Assembly (NCBI GenBank): GCA_963662285.2 | Contig: CAXXMV010000008.1 | Span: 384,001 to 448,000, forward strand | Length of the DNA stretch: 64,000 bases | Source: a bacterium | GTDB lineage: Bacteria; Hinthialibacterota; Hinthialibacteria; Hinthialibacterales; Hinthialibacteraceae | Direction: 5' to 3' | Shown here: positions 30,896-39,865 of the stretch, one piece after another | Layout of the letters: the number at the start of each line of letters is the position of its first letter | Position numbering within the stretch: the stretch's first letter is position 1 | Notes under the pieces: model-generated | What the model was told of the DNA's origin: nothing | What the model saw: the letters and a program-made list of their open reading frames with translations, nothing else | The model's database searches: none | Position numbers and translations under genes: made by a program

Positions 30896-31288
30896 GTAGG
30901 GGTAACCCTTGTGGTTACCCGATTGGCGATTTCCCGTTTTGATTTTAGGTATTCTGAATTACGGGCGCCCACAAGGGGCGCACCCTACAGCAATATATCA
31001 AATTTTTTGTACGCACGTAGGGGTAACCTTCATGGTTACCCGATTGGCGATCACCCGTTCTGATTTTAGGTATTCTGAATTACGGGCGCCCACAAGGGGC
31101 GCGCCCTACAGCAATATAACAAATTTTTTGTACGCACGTAGGGGTAACCTTCATGGTTACCCGATTGGCGATTTCCCGTTCTGATTTTAGGTATTCTGAA
31201 TTACGGGCGCCCACAAGGGGCGCACCCTACAACAATATAACAATTTGATAAACGCACGTAGGGGTAACCTTCATGGTTACCCGATTGG
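30896..31288. repeat. BIME-like tandem REP array, 3 full units of 120-121 bp plus a partial unit
   Basis: Units start at 30896, 31017, 31138, 31258. Each is GTAGGGGTAACC-N-GGTTACCC + linker + inverted GGGCGCCCACAAGGGGCGC(A/G)CCCTAC + linker. Confidence 0.9.
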
Positions 31289-31334
31289 GGATAAAACATT
31301 TTGATTTTTTGGTAATCTAAATTACAAAAATTAA

Positions 31335-32027
31335 TTATTTCCCGATAACTGCCAGTTCAACCGGAGATAGGGCGTCTATCAGCATCGAACAGAATTCTTC
31401 TGAAGAATCGACATTGCGGAGTTCAGCCAGGAAGGAAGCGTCTTTAGCTACTGACGCCATAGTGGAAAGCAATTTCAAATGCATACGGTTCCGGGGAGAG
31501 CATAACAGAAAAACCAGATCAACCGGCTCACCATCAACCGCCTTGAAATCAAGCGGCGTGTTCAACCGGGCGCCGACAATTAGTGGAACATGAAAAAGAT
31601 CATTGACCGGATGCCAGGCATGCGGCAAGGCAATTCCCTTCCCCACTCCAGTGGACAGATGGTTTTCCCGTTCTATCACAGCCTGCAAAAAGATTGACTT
31701 TTGCAACAGGTGACCACTGTCTATCAGAGTATCAACCATCCGCCCGAATAAAGCATCGATTGAATAAACGTCAATATCCAACAAAGTCCGGTCAGGAGCG
31801 GCAATTAGAAATTCGTCTTCATTCTCCCAGGTAGATGCGCCATTCCCATTAGCGATTTCACCCTCGCCGCCATTAAGGAACCATACCTCCAGCTGTGCGG
31901 GATGAAATCTCCACTGATTGCCTACCTTGGTAGCCGGAATCTTACTCGACTGAATCAGCCGATGAATGGTTCTTTCATTCACTTGAAGAGTTTCGCTAAC
32001 ATCCTTGATGGTCAATAAACGTTCCAA
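31335..32027 (-). CDS. Excisionase-type HTH (HTH_17) fused to PTS EIIA (Ntr/fructose-type) domain
   Basis: LLTIKDVSETLQV..KIPATKVGNQWRF, then RE..LSTGVGKGIALPHA and DFKAVDGEPVDLVFLL. Confidence 0.88.
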   Translation of the reverse strand: MERLLTIKDVSETLQVNERTIHRLIQSSKIPATKVGNQWRFHPAQLEVWFLNGGEGEIANGNGASTWENEDEFLIAAPDRTLLDIDVYSIDALFGRMVDTLIDSGHLLQKSIFLQAVIERENHLSTGVGKGIALPHAWHPVNDLFHVPLIVGARLNTPLDFKAVDGEPVDLVFLLCSPRNRMHLKLLSTMASVAKDASFLAELRNVDSSEEFCSMLIDALSPVELAVIGK

Positions 32028-32308
32028 AATAAAGTCACCTATACAAACGTACTTTTTAGTTGAATACTGTTAATTTCTATCGAATCAATAGTTTGGGTTG
32101 GTATTATAAAATACAAAATGCGTCCGCTGGGCAAGCTGAGACGCTACTAATTCTTTAGTTATTTTTTTTATTATTATAATAACACACTTGACTATCGTCA
32201 ATGATTGGTCACAATTATACATAGATGTCAAGCGTTGTCAATAAGGTTCATAGGATTGTTTGTTTTTTATATATGATTCATTAGATTATATTAATTAAGG
32301 AGTAGGAA

Positions 32309-32542
32309 ATGATTGATATTAGCAATGTAGTTGAATTAAACGATGTTGAATTTAATGTAGGCGACCGCGTGAGCTTTAATCCTCAAGATAATGAAGAAGG
32401 TTCGATTGAATCTATCAGACTGATTTCCGAAGGCAGACTGGTAGAGAGTTACAAAGGCGCTGCTGACCGCATTGTCGTCACCATCCACATGAAAGATTCC
32501 ATCATCAACAAGCGCGGCATGGATATTATGCATATCGGATAA
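32309..32542 (+). CDS. Small hypothetical protein
   Basis: 77 aa with a strong AAGGAG RBS; divergent from the HTH-EIIA gene. Confidence 0.65.
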   Translation: MIDISNVVELNDVEFNVGDRVSFNPQDNEEGSIESIRLISEGRLVESYKGAADRIVVTIHMKDSIINKRGMDIMHIG

Positions 32543-32581
32543 GTAGTCCCCATAAGTCGTTTACAGACTTACTGGAACAAA

Positions 32582-32668
32582 CCCCTCTCCCCCAATTCGG
32601 GGGAGGTTATAGAGGGTATTTTTTTTGTCTGAATCTGGATATCCAGGATGAAAGGATTACCTGGATTG
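32582..32668. repeat. Family C and family D repeats
   Basis: CCCCTCTCCCCC..GGGGGAGG, then TGTCTGAATCTGGATATCCAGGATGAAAGGATTACCTGGATT (reverse-complement relative of ~28003-28045; partial copy at ~17748). Confidence 0.65.
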
Positions 32669-32796
32669 CATATTATCGGGTGATTACGATAATTAATGGT
32701 TCTAGGTTCACGGGGGCGCCTATTATTATTTCAAAAGAGATTTGTTATCTCAACTTGGGTACAGGGATATCTAGCGAACTTAATTCTATCAACTAC

Positions 32797-33402
32797 CTAT
32801 TGATAAATCCGGGCGCTGGTGCTTACAATATCTCCATTGGAATTCATTCCATTGCTTGAATTGTAAAAAGCGCCTCCATCACCATTGCTGCCTGCTTTAC
32901 TTGGATTATTGAGTGATCTTAAACCTCCAGCCCAATCGGTCCAGGCCCAATCGGTATCACCATCCGGACCGGAAGAGATGCAGACATACGAGACTCCTGC
33001 GGATTTATATTCTTTAACTCGCGCTTGTCCACCAGATGTATTAGGTTCATTACCCAACCTAAGCGATGCGCCATATTCATAATATTTGCGCTCGCCTTGC
33101 TTTGGCGGGAAAATATCTCTTACCACGCCATAGCCACTGATATACGCAACAGGAGTTGTCAGCGGTTGATAACTGGAACCATTAACCGTCTCATCTCCAC
33201 GATCCATCGGAGGCCATCCACTATCGACTTCATATAAACTGATAGCAGTCTGGAGAGCTTTCATATTACCATAGCACTGAGCAATCTTGGCTCTGATCTG
33301 AGCATTCAAGAAATTCGGTACGGCGATAGCGGCTAGAATCCCGATAATCGCAACAACAATCAATAACTCAATCAAAGTAAAACCATTAAGCCTTTTCTTC
33401 AT
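32797..33402 (-). CDS. Type IV pilin / GspG-like prepilin
   Basis: MKKRLNG|FTLIELLIVVAIIGILAAIAVPNF N-methylation motif, S-GPDG and YNSSNG..S-GD tail; GAGG RBS before ATG 33402. Confidence 0.92.
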   Translation of the reverse strand: MKKRLNGFTLIELLIVVAIIGILAAIAVPNFLNAQIRAKIAQCYGNMKALQTAISLYEVDSGWPPMDRGDETVNGSSYQPLTTPVAYISGYGVVRDIFPPKQGERKYYEYGASLRLGNEPNTSGGQARVKEYKSAGVSYVCISSGPDGDTDWAWTDWAGGLRSLNNPSKAGSNGDGGAFYNSSNGMNSNGDIVSTSARIYQ

Positions 33403-33536
33403 GTTTAACTCCTCAATAATCGCTATTAAGCTTTTTACGATAGTTGCCATCAAACAATAACATTATCGTTAATGTAAATATAGGCATATTTACAATATTC
33501 TTTTAAAATATATCTATTATCCTGATGAATTATAAG

Positions 33537-33608
33537 AAAAAAGACCGTAGTCACAGGGAGAGACTACGGTCAAAAAATGTGGAATAGGGAATGCCGAACA
33601 ATCCCCAT
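33537..33608 (-). ncRNA. Candidate small RNA (~70 nt)
   Basis: TTTACA-N16-TATAAA promoter (33640-33613), 5' hairpin, then GACCGTAGTC-TCTCCCTGT-GACTACGGTC stem with T6 tract; no ORF. Confidence 0.45.
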
Positions 33609-33779
33609 ATAATTTATAACCTAATTTATGTTTTTGTAAAGCCCCCATGATTTAATTTTTTTACAATATAACCACCCTATTTTACATAGGTTCCATACAA
33701 ACCTCTCTCAACATTGGTTAATTGATCTTTTTTATAAACTTTAGGGCACTATTTATACCAATAATGATACAATGATAAT

Positions 33780-34802
33780 CTATCCAATCATGGAATCTTC
33801 GCTGCCCCGGTTAATCATAATCTCTCCAGATTCTTCCAAACGCCTGATAATGGCAACGATTTTCTGCTGAGCCTCTTCCACCTGCTTAACGCGAACTGGA
33901 CCCATAAATTCCATATCTTCACGAATATTATCCGCCGCGCGTGATGATACATTGCTGAAAATTTTGTTCTTGACTTCTTCGTTGCCGCCTTTCAATGCGA
34001 CGGCCATTTCTTTCATATCCACTTCACGCAGCACCTGCTGAATAGCGCGGTCGTCAAGCAGAATAACATCGTCGAAGGTGAACATCAGTTTTTTGATTTC
34101 AACCGCCAGTTCCTGATTCTCTTCTTCGATGGTCTCCATGATGGCTTTCTCGGTTGCGCGGTCAACCCGGTTGAGTAATTCAGCCAGAGCTTCGATACCG
34201 CCTGCAATGGAGAACTCCTGCGACAGAACCGTGGCGATTTTGCGCTCCAGCACCCGCTCAACTTCAGAGATGATTTCCGGCGAGGTCTGATCCATAGTGG
34301 CTATGCGCAATGCAACTTCGGTCTGCATTTCGGGAGGCAGGGCCGACATAATGACGGCTGACTGATCGAATTCCAAATGCGCCAGAATCAGAGCAACCGT
34401 CTGGGGATGCTCGCTCTGAATAAAGTTAAGCAGATGATTGGGATCAATTTTTTTGAGGAAATCGAAAGGCGTACCTTGCAGCATACCCTGTAGACGCTCG
34501 ATGATTTCCATAGCCTTGCCTGGTCCAAGCGCTTTTTCGAGTATCTCGCGGGCGGTAGAGATGCCGCCATGCGCGATGTATTGCTTGGCCATAGAGGTAT
34601 GATAGAACTCTTCGATTACATGCGAGGTTTGTTCTTGAGGGATATTACCAATATTCGCCACTTCCAGAGTGATTTGCTCTATTTCATCATCACTTAAACA
34701 GCGGTATACATCAGAGGCGATATCAGGACCCAGCGTAACCATCAAAATGGCCGCTTTTTTCCTGCCTGTCATTTTTGGTTTGTCTGATGAACCTCGTACC
34801 AT
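33780..34802 (-). CDS. fliG: Flagellar motor switch protein FliG
   Basis: KAAILM, EHPQTVAL, GGIEALAE, MFTFDD, MGPVRVKQVEEAQQKIV. Confidence 0.96.
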   Translation of the reverse strand: MVRGSSDKPKMTGRKKAAILMVTLGPDIASDVYRCLSDDEIEQITLEVANIGNIPQEQTSHVIEEFYHTSMAKQYIAHGGISTAREILEKALGPGKAMEIIERLQGMLQGTPFDFLKKIDPNHLLNFIQSEHPQTVALILAHLEFDQSAVIMSALPPEMQTEVALRIATMDQTSPEIISEVERVLERKIATVLSQEFSIAGGIEALAELLNRVDRATEKAIMETIEEENQELAVEIKKLMFTFDDVILLDDRAIQQVLREVDMKEMAVALKGGNEEVKNKIFSNVSSRAADNIREDMEFMGPVRVKQVEEAQQKIVAIIRRLEESGEIMINRGSEDSMIG

Positions 34803-34902
34803 GGCGCTTCACAATTTCTTTGTTCGGGATATTTATAATATTGACTTTTATATTATAGATAGCAAATTGTGTTTTTCAATAATTTTTATTAAAATTCATT
34901 AA

Positions 34903-36009
34903 CTATCTTCTGCGATTACGAAACGCCATACCAATTCTATTTGAATTGGAAGAACCTTTTTGCTGCGGAGAACCTGATTGGTTCAGTTCTGTATCAGAGT
35001 CAAACCTGTTCAATAACTGCTCTATTTCATTATCGGTTAATGCTTCTCCATCTTTATGAATATCCTCCATAATTTTTATCTTGTCACTCATAACATCCTT
35101 AAAATAGGAACATTGATCGATTTCTTTTTCTCTATTATTAATAAAAAATTCTAAACTTTTCCTCATAACACTGAAAATTTGGGTTAAACCATCATATCCC
35201 AATGCATCTAATTCTATAGATTCCATTAATTCTTCCCACTGGACTATCCTCTTCAATTGCAGCCTTTCACACTCTAATAAATCATTAATAAGGTTTTTTA
35301 AGAACGCCTTATTAATTTCAGGATTATTGTAATCACATCTGTTTTGCAGTAATTCCTCAACCTTCACTAAATCTTCTATTCCATATCCAAGAGTTTTAAC
35401 ATCTATATAACCATTCTCTATCATGGTTCGAGTGATTCTACATCTTTCTATTAGAGAGAACTCTTCTTTAATGAAATTATCACAATAAATTTCCTGATCA
35501 TTAATATTGCTCAACAATTTATTGACTATTTTTCTGTTATTATCAATATTAATTTTACTTTTCTTATATTCACCATTCATATGATGTTTCAGATTTTCAA
35601 GCAACACAGCATCATTAGCAACCGATTGAACAATATGACGGATATTCTTATGGTGGTAAGCAAGTATTTCCCGACTGGTAAGTTTCCAGAGAGGATCATT
35701 GCCGTTAAGCTCCATACCACGGTTAGAGTTTTCCAATTTCAAGATCAACGTATTGAGCATTTCTTCATCTAACCAATACGCTCCATTTTCAGTAAAAATA
35801 CAGGTGATTTTCTCTGAAGATAATTTTGAATTTATAACTTCACTATATTGAGTCAATTTATATTGCACTTGAGTGATAGAATCATCATTAATTTCAGATA
35901 GAAATTCTTTATTAAACAATTTCTCGAAAGACAGAAAAAAAATCGTTTCAAAATCAAATGAATTACTCAGTATATCAGGAGCAAAAAAGAAAGGTTTGTT
36001 GATAGACAT
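34903..36009 (-). CDS. Hypothetical AT-rich helical protein
   Basis: 368-aa ORF, much more AT-rich than its neighbours; no recognised motif. Confidence 0.6.
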   Translation of the reverse strand: MSINKPFFFAPDILSNSFDFETIFFLSFEKLFNKEFLSEINDDSITQVQYKLTQYSEVINSKLSSEKITCIFTENGAYWLDEEMLNTLILKLENSNRGMELNGNDPLWKLTSREILAYHHKNIRHIVQSVANDAVLLENLKHHMNGEYKKSKINIDNNRKIVNKLLSNINDQEIYCDNFIKEEFSLIERCRITRTMIENGYIDVKTLGYGIEDLVKVEELLQNRCDYNNPEINKAFLKNLINDLLECERLQLKRIVQWEELMESIELDALGYDGLTQIFSVMRKSLEFFINNREKEIDQCSYFKDVMSDKIKIMEDIHKDGEALTDNEIEQLLNRFDSDTELNQSGSPQQKGSSNSNRIGMAFRNRRR

Positions 36010-36367
36010 AAAAATTTCCAGAAAACTTTGGGTTTAAATAACTTAAATATATATATCAATAATTTTTTTTAAGTGATTCTAAAATTACGAGTATTTAAGC
36101 AGCAATTCTAATTGACTAATTGCAGTATAGAGCGACTCAAAAAAGAAGATTATTTGATCAAATATTTAAACTTCACAATAAGATTTTGTTTATAGAAAAA
36201 ATATTTAAAAGCAGCTGATAAATTGTACTATTGTTATATATAAAGCATGTAAGGGAATTCCTGATTTTTTGTAAGATTATCCCTAAACTTTATAAGTTCC
36301 TTGAAACGTTGTATTGAATGTACATACTTCTCAGAACCATTCAAACCTCATACATATATGAAGAAGC

Positions 36368-36403
36368 AAAAAAAACCCCGATCTAGCAATAGACCGGGGT
36401 TTT
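36368..36403 (-). terminator. Intrinsic terminator after secretin gene
   Basis: A8-CCCCGATCTA..TAGACCGGGG-TTTT. Confidence 0.8.
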
Positions 36404-36421
36404 ATTTTAATTTTATTCAGA

Positions 36422-39400
36422 TTACAAACTAGGTTCGATAACACGAGCGGTAACAAAGATAAGAGTCGATGATTTTTCGCTTTCGATCCTTCGGTCTATA
36501 AACAGGTTTCCTAGGAATGGAATTTTGGAAAGAAGAGGCACGGCGTCTTTAACTTCACTCTTTCTTTCACTAATCATTCCACCAAGAACCATAGTAGAAC
36601 CGTTCTTCATACGAACGCTGGTTTTTAAATATTGCTGATTGAGAAGCAAGGGGCCAATATTAGGAATTTCCTGCCCTGGAGGAGCGGTTCCGCTAAGAGT
36701 AACAGGAAGTCGTTCACCAGGTTCAATAACCTGTGGATTCAACTCAAGGTAAATATGATCATCATTGAGAATGAATGGAATGCAAGCCAACATGCTGCCA
36801 ACGAATGTACGTTCAAAATTAGCGGTTAAACGGTTATTAGTTGGATCGTCATCACCCTGATCATCAAAATCGACGGTGTCAGCATAAGGAATCTGCTGTC
36901 CGACGAAGACCAAAGGAGGATCTGTAGGATTAGCGACGGATAGATATTTAGGAGCATTAAGTAATTGGAAGCTTGAGGTCGATTCCAGCAGATTCATCAA
37001 GAAATCCACACGGGAACTTCCAAAAGTATGAAGACCTAAATTTAATCCTTCTCCACCAGTAGTAGAAGATGCGGTCATACTCATTTGCATCTGTTCCGGG
37101 TTCAAGGAAATTTTATCAACCAACGGATCAGTCAGAATGTAATCAAAGTTAATGGTACGGAGATCGTTGAGTGAAACGCGAACTGTACGGGTTTCGATTT
37201 CGACCATGCGTTGAGCTTTATCAAAAGTAGTGATAATGCGTGAAACCAAATCAATTGATTCCTGGTCAGGCGTCAAAACAACAATACTGTTGGTGTTAGG
37301 ATCAGGATAGAAACGAACTGCCATAAACTGAAGCAGATCAGAACTTCCACCACCGCCTGTCAGGTTGAAACGGCTACGGGTGGTTTCTTCATAAAGGCTT
37401 CCAGCATCGATATTATCACCTTCTTCAGATGAACCAATCGATTGGAATGAATCCTGGCTTAAGAACATGGAACGAGTGGATTGCTGTGAATCAAAGAACA
37501 CATAAGCCAAAGCATCAGCAATATCGAATACATTAACATGCTTGATTAAAAAACGCTCAATAAGAAGGTCCTGAGTGCTTTCACCCCGGACGCTGGCCAG
37601 ATAATCTTCGACTCGACGAATGTTCTCGCGAGTATCGACTACGTCAATAGTGCCCCGTTGAGGATTAGGCATAATCTGACGGCCTTGCAGTTTGGCGGCA
37701 TCACGTCCTTCACGGGCGAAGAGCATCTTTTCGATGATCTCAGCGATAGCTGTGACGAACTCTTCACGACGCAACAAAGCTTCTGGCGTATTCTCAACAT
37801 CGTCCATGTCAGTAATAGTAAACTGTTGCGCTACAAGGACGCCTTCTTCCAACTGTTGGGTGATTTGAGCACTGGAAAGAATTGCTTCAACTTCATTAAT
37901 ATTTTCAGGATAATCAATAACAATTAATACATTGGAGTTTGGTTCGAGATAGAGAGCACGCTTGGGATTATTGATATCATAGGCGCCCTGGCCTTTATAA
38001 AGGACCAGTTTGACTATCTCAAATATCTCTTTAGCGATGTCTTTATCTAACTTATAGGTATTGGTTTGTAATGGTTTCAACTCACCTGTAATTACCGGCA
38101 TATCTTTAAAGAATGCTTCGACGCGTCGCAGGTTGGCTTTTGTATCGGTTACCACCAAAGAACGGCTGGTATTATTCAGATACAGTTGTTTGCCAGGAAC
38201 TTTAAACTCATCACCGGGACCATAAAGGATTGTAACAAGGCTTTTACTGGAATCATCCAGTACGTTACTATCTTTAATGATCAATTCCAAAGTTTTATAC
38301 TGGTCTTCAGTTAGTGGGAAGACGCGCGTTTCAAAACCTTGTTCGACGAAAATTGTTCCTTCTTCGCGCTTCCAGATGAAACCATATTGTTTCTGAATCA
38401 GGTTAAGCACTTCGCGAACCGAAGAGTTTTTCACTTCGAAAGCAACTTTACCTGCCAGGTTTTCACCCATCATAATGTTAAGGCCGCTAATTTTGCTGAG
38501 GGTACTCAGGACATTTTTTATATCCAGGCTTTCACCCTCAGTAGAATATTGCATAATGGGTTCATCTAGCTTTTTTTCAAAAGCAGATTCTTCAGCAGCA
38601 AGTTTCTCTGCTGATTTTAAGGTTTCTATTGCCTGATTGTATTCAGTTTCAGTATTGGCCAGATAAGTCTGAGCCAATGGATGATCCGGGAAAATTTCCA
38701 ACGCCTGATTCCACTTTTCAACCGCTTCTATGATGCGTCCCTCTTTATAAAGAATAACGCCTTCACGGAAAACGGAATCAGCTGTCTTGGATTTCGCCGA
38801 AATATCTTTTGCATCAACCACCTGCTGGGCAGCCATGTCTGCTTTTTTGACGACGGAACGTTTTTGATAAACCTGATTCAACAGAACATCAACACGCTTG
38901 TCATCAGGAGCGATCATTTTGGCGCGTTGCAACTCAAGCTCAGCTTTGTCGAATTGATCAAGTTCCAGATAAGTCGTTCCTTTTTGCAGAAAACTTTCAA
39001 GTTCAGAAAGGTTGTAATCCATAACATCCTTACGGGCTTTATCAGAATTAACTCTTTCCTTATTGATCGCAGTCAAAAAAGTATCAATAGTTTTCTTTGA
39101 TTTTTCATCACCTTTTTTAACTTTTTTCTGCGCTTTGATCAAAATTGATTCAGCTCCGGCTAAATCACCGTCACGCATCATGCCTTCCGCTACTTTTATC
39201 ATGTCTTGAGCGGAGAGATCGTTTGCGATAACCGTTGAATTCGCATCCAGCGACATTCCAGAACTATTCAATTTAACAAGTTCAGCTCGAGCTTGTTTAT
39301 TCTGAGGATCAAGGGTCAAAACTTGCTGAAAAAGCGAAACTGCCTTCTCTTGATTCCCCGCGCGAACCTCGTTTCGCGCCATACGGAGAAGAGCACTAGA

Positions 39401-39595
39401 CTGCGCCTTCACCGATTTAGTGGTATCGCTCTTAGCCAGACCGGCTAACACTGGCAGTAAAGCAGTGTTATTCGAACTAGCAGAACCCGCCAAATTGCTC
39501 CCCAGAAACAGACCACTAATAATTACCAAAGATACCAATCGTATGGTATAGGTCCGTGTTTTAGGATGTCTCCAATGCGGAAAAACAGAAACCAT
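36422..39595 (-). CDS. Secretin (GspD/PilQ family) with N-terminal TPR repeats
   Basis: C-terminal TMVLGGMI..KDAVPLLSKIPFLGNLF..LIFVTARVI, several N3-like repeats (SNVLIVID, TNSIVV), an STN-like segment and TPR helices. Confidence 0.9.
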   Translation of the reverse strand: MVSVFPHWRHPKTRTYTIRLVSLVIISGLFLGSNLAGSASSNNTALLPVLAGLAKSDTTKSVKAQSSALLRMARNEVRAGNQEKAVSLFQQVLTLDPQNKQARAELVKLNSSGMSLDANSTVIANDLSAQDMIKVAEGMMRDGDLAGAESILIKAQKKVKKGDEKSKKTIDTFLTAINKERVNSDKARKDVMDYNLSELESFLQKGTTYLELDQFDKAELELQRAKMIAPDDKRVDVLLNQVYQKRSVVKKADMAAQQVVDAKDISAKSKTADSVFREGVILYKEGRIIEAVEKWNQALEIFPDHPLAQTYLANTETEYNQAIETLKSAEKLAAEESAFEKKLDEPIMQYSTEGESLDIKNVLSTLSKISGLNIMMGENLAGKVAFEVKNSSVREVLNLIQKQYGFIWKREEGTIFVEQGFETRVFPLTEDQYKTLELIIKDSNVLDDSSKSLVTILYGPGDEFKVPGKQLYLNNTSRSLVVTDTKANLRRVEAFFKDMPVITGELKPLQTNTYKLDKDIAKEIFEIVKLVLYKGQGAYDINNPKRALYLEPNSNVLIVIDYPENINEVEAILSSAQITQQLEEGVLVAQQFTITDMDDVENTPEALLRREEFVTAIAEIIEKMLFAREGRDAAKLQGRQIMPNPQRGTIDVVDTRENIRRVEDYLASVRGESTQDLLIERFLIKHVNVFDIADALAYVFFDSQQSTRSMFLSQDSFQSIGSSEEGDNIDAGSLYEETTRSRFNLTGGGGSSDLLQFMAVRFYPDPNTNSIVVLTPDQESIDLVSRIITTFDKAQRMVEIETRTVRVSLNDLRTINFDYILTDPLVDKISLNPEQMQMSMTASSTTGGEGLNLGLHTFGSSRVDFLMNLLESTSSFQLLNAPKYLSVANPTDPPLVFVGQQIPYADTVDFDDQGDDDPTNNRLTANFERTFVGSMLACIPFILNDDHIYLELNPQVIEPGERLPVTLSGTAPPGQEIPNIGPLLLNQQYLKTSVRMKNGSTMVLGGMISERKSEVKDAVPLLSKIPFLGNLFIDRRIESEKSSTLIFVTARVIEPSL

Positions 39596-39673
39596 CTAAG
39601 TCTCTCCTTACTCTATCAGCCAAATGATGCCGATCTAATGGAACTGAAAAAAACGGTGCAAAAAAATAAAAAT

Positions 39674-39686
39674 GTTGCATTGCAAC
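39674..39686. promoter_or_regulatory. Palindromic operator-like site upstream of secretin
   Basis: Perfect GTTGCA-T-TGCAAC about 80 bp upstream of the start codon. Confidence 0.3.
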
Positions 39687-39865
39687 CTTTCTTTCTTGAT
39701 ATTTAACCCGAACCGGAAAATCCGAACATTCGGGAGATTAAACTATTTATTTAACTCAGGTTATAACGCTGTTTCGCTATAGAAACATCTTTTACTGCTC
39801 GGTCATTAAAATAAGCACGACAAAACATTGTATATCAAAAAACATCAGTACAGGATGTAATAAAC

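Noticed and set aside
30909-31184. 91-aa ORF (and 10791-10985, 53487-53810)
   Set aside because: These read through REP repeats or lie antisense to real genes; likely spurious.
30896-31288. Possible CRISPR array
   Set aside because: Sequences between the palindromes are near-identical rather than unique spacers, the period is 121 bp, and there are no cas genes.
32119-32145. GCGTC...GACGC hairpin as c-di-GMP-I riboswitch
   Set aside because: Lacks the GGCAAAC/GNRA/GCAAAG arrangement and the second stem.
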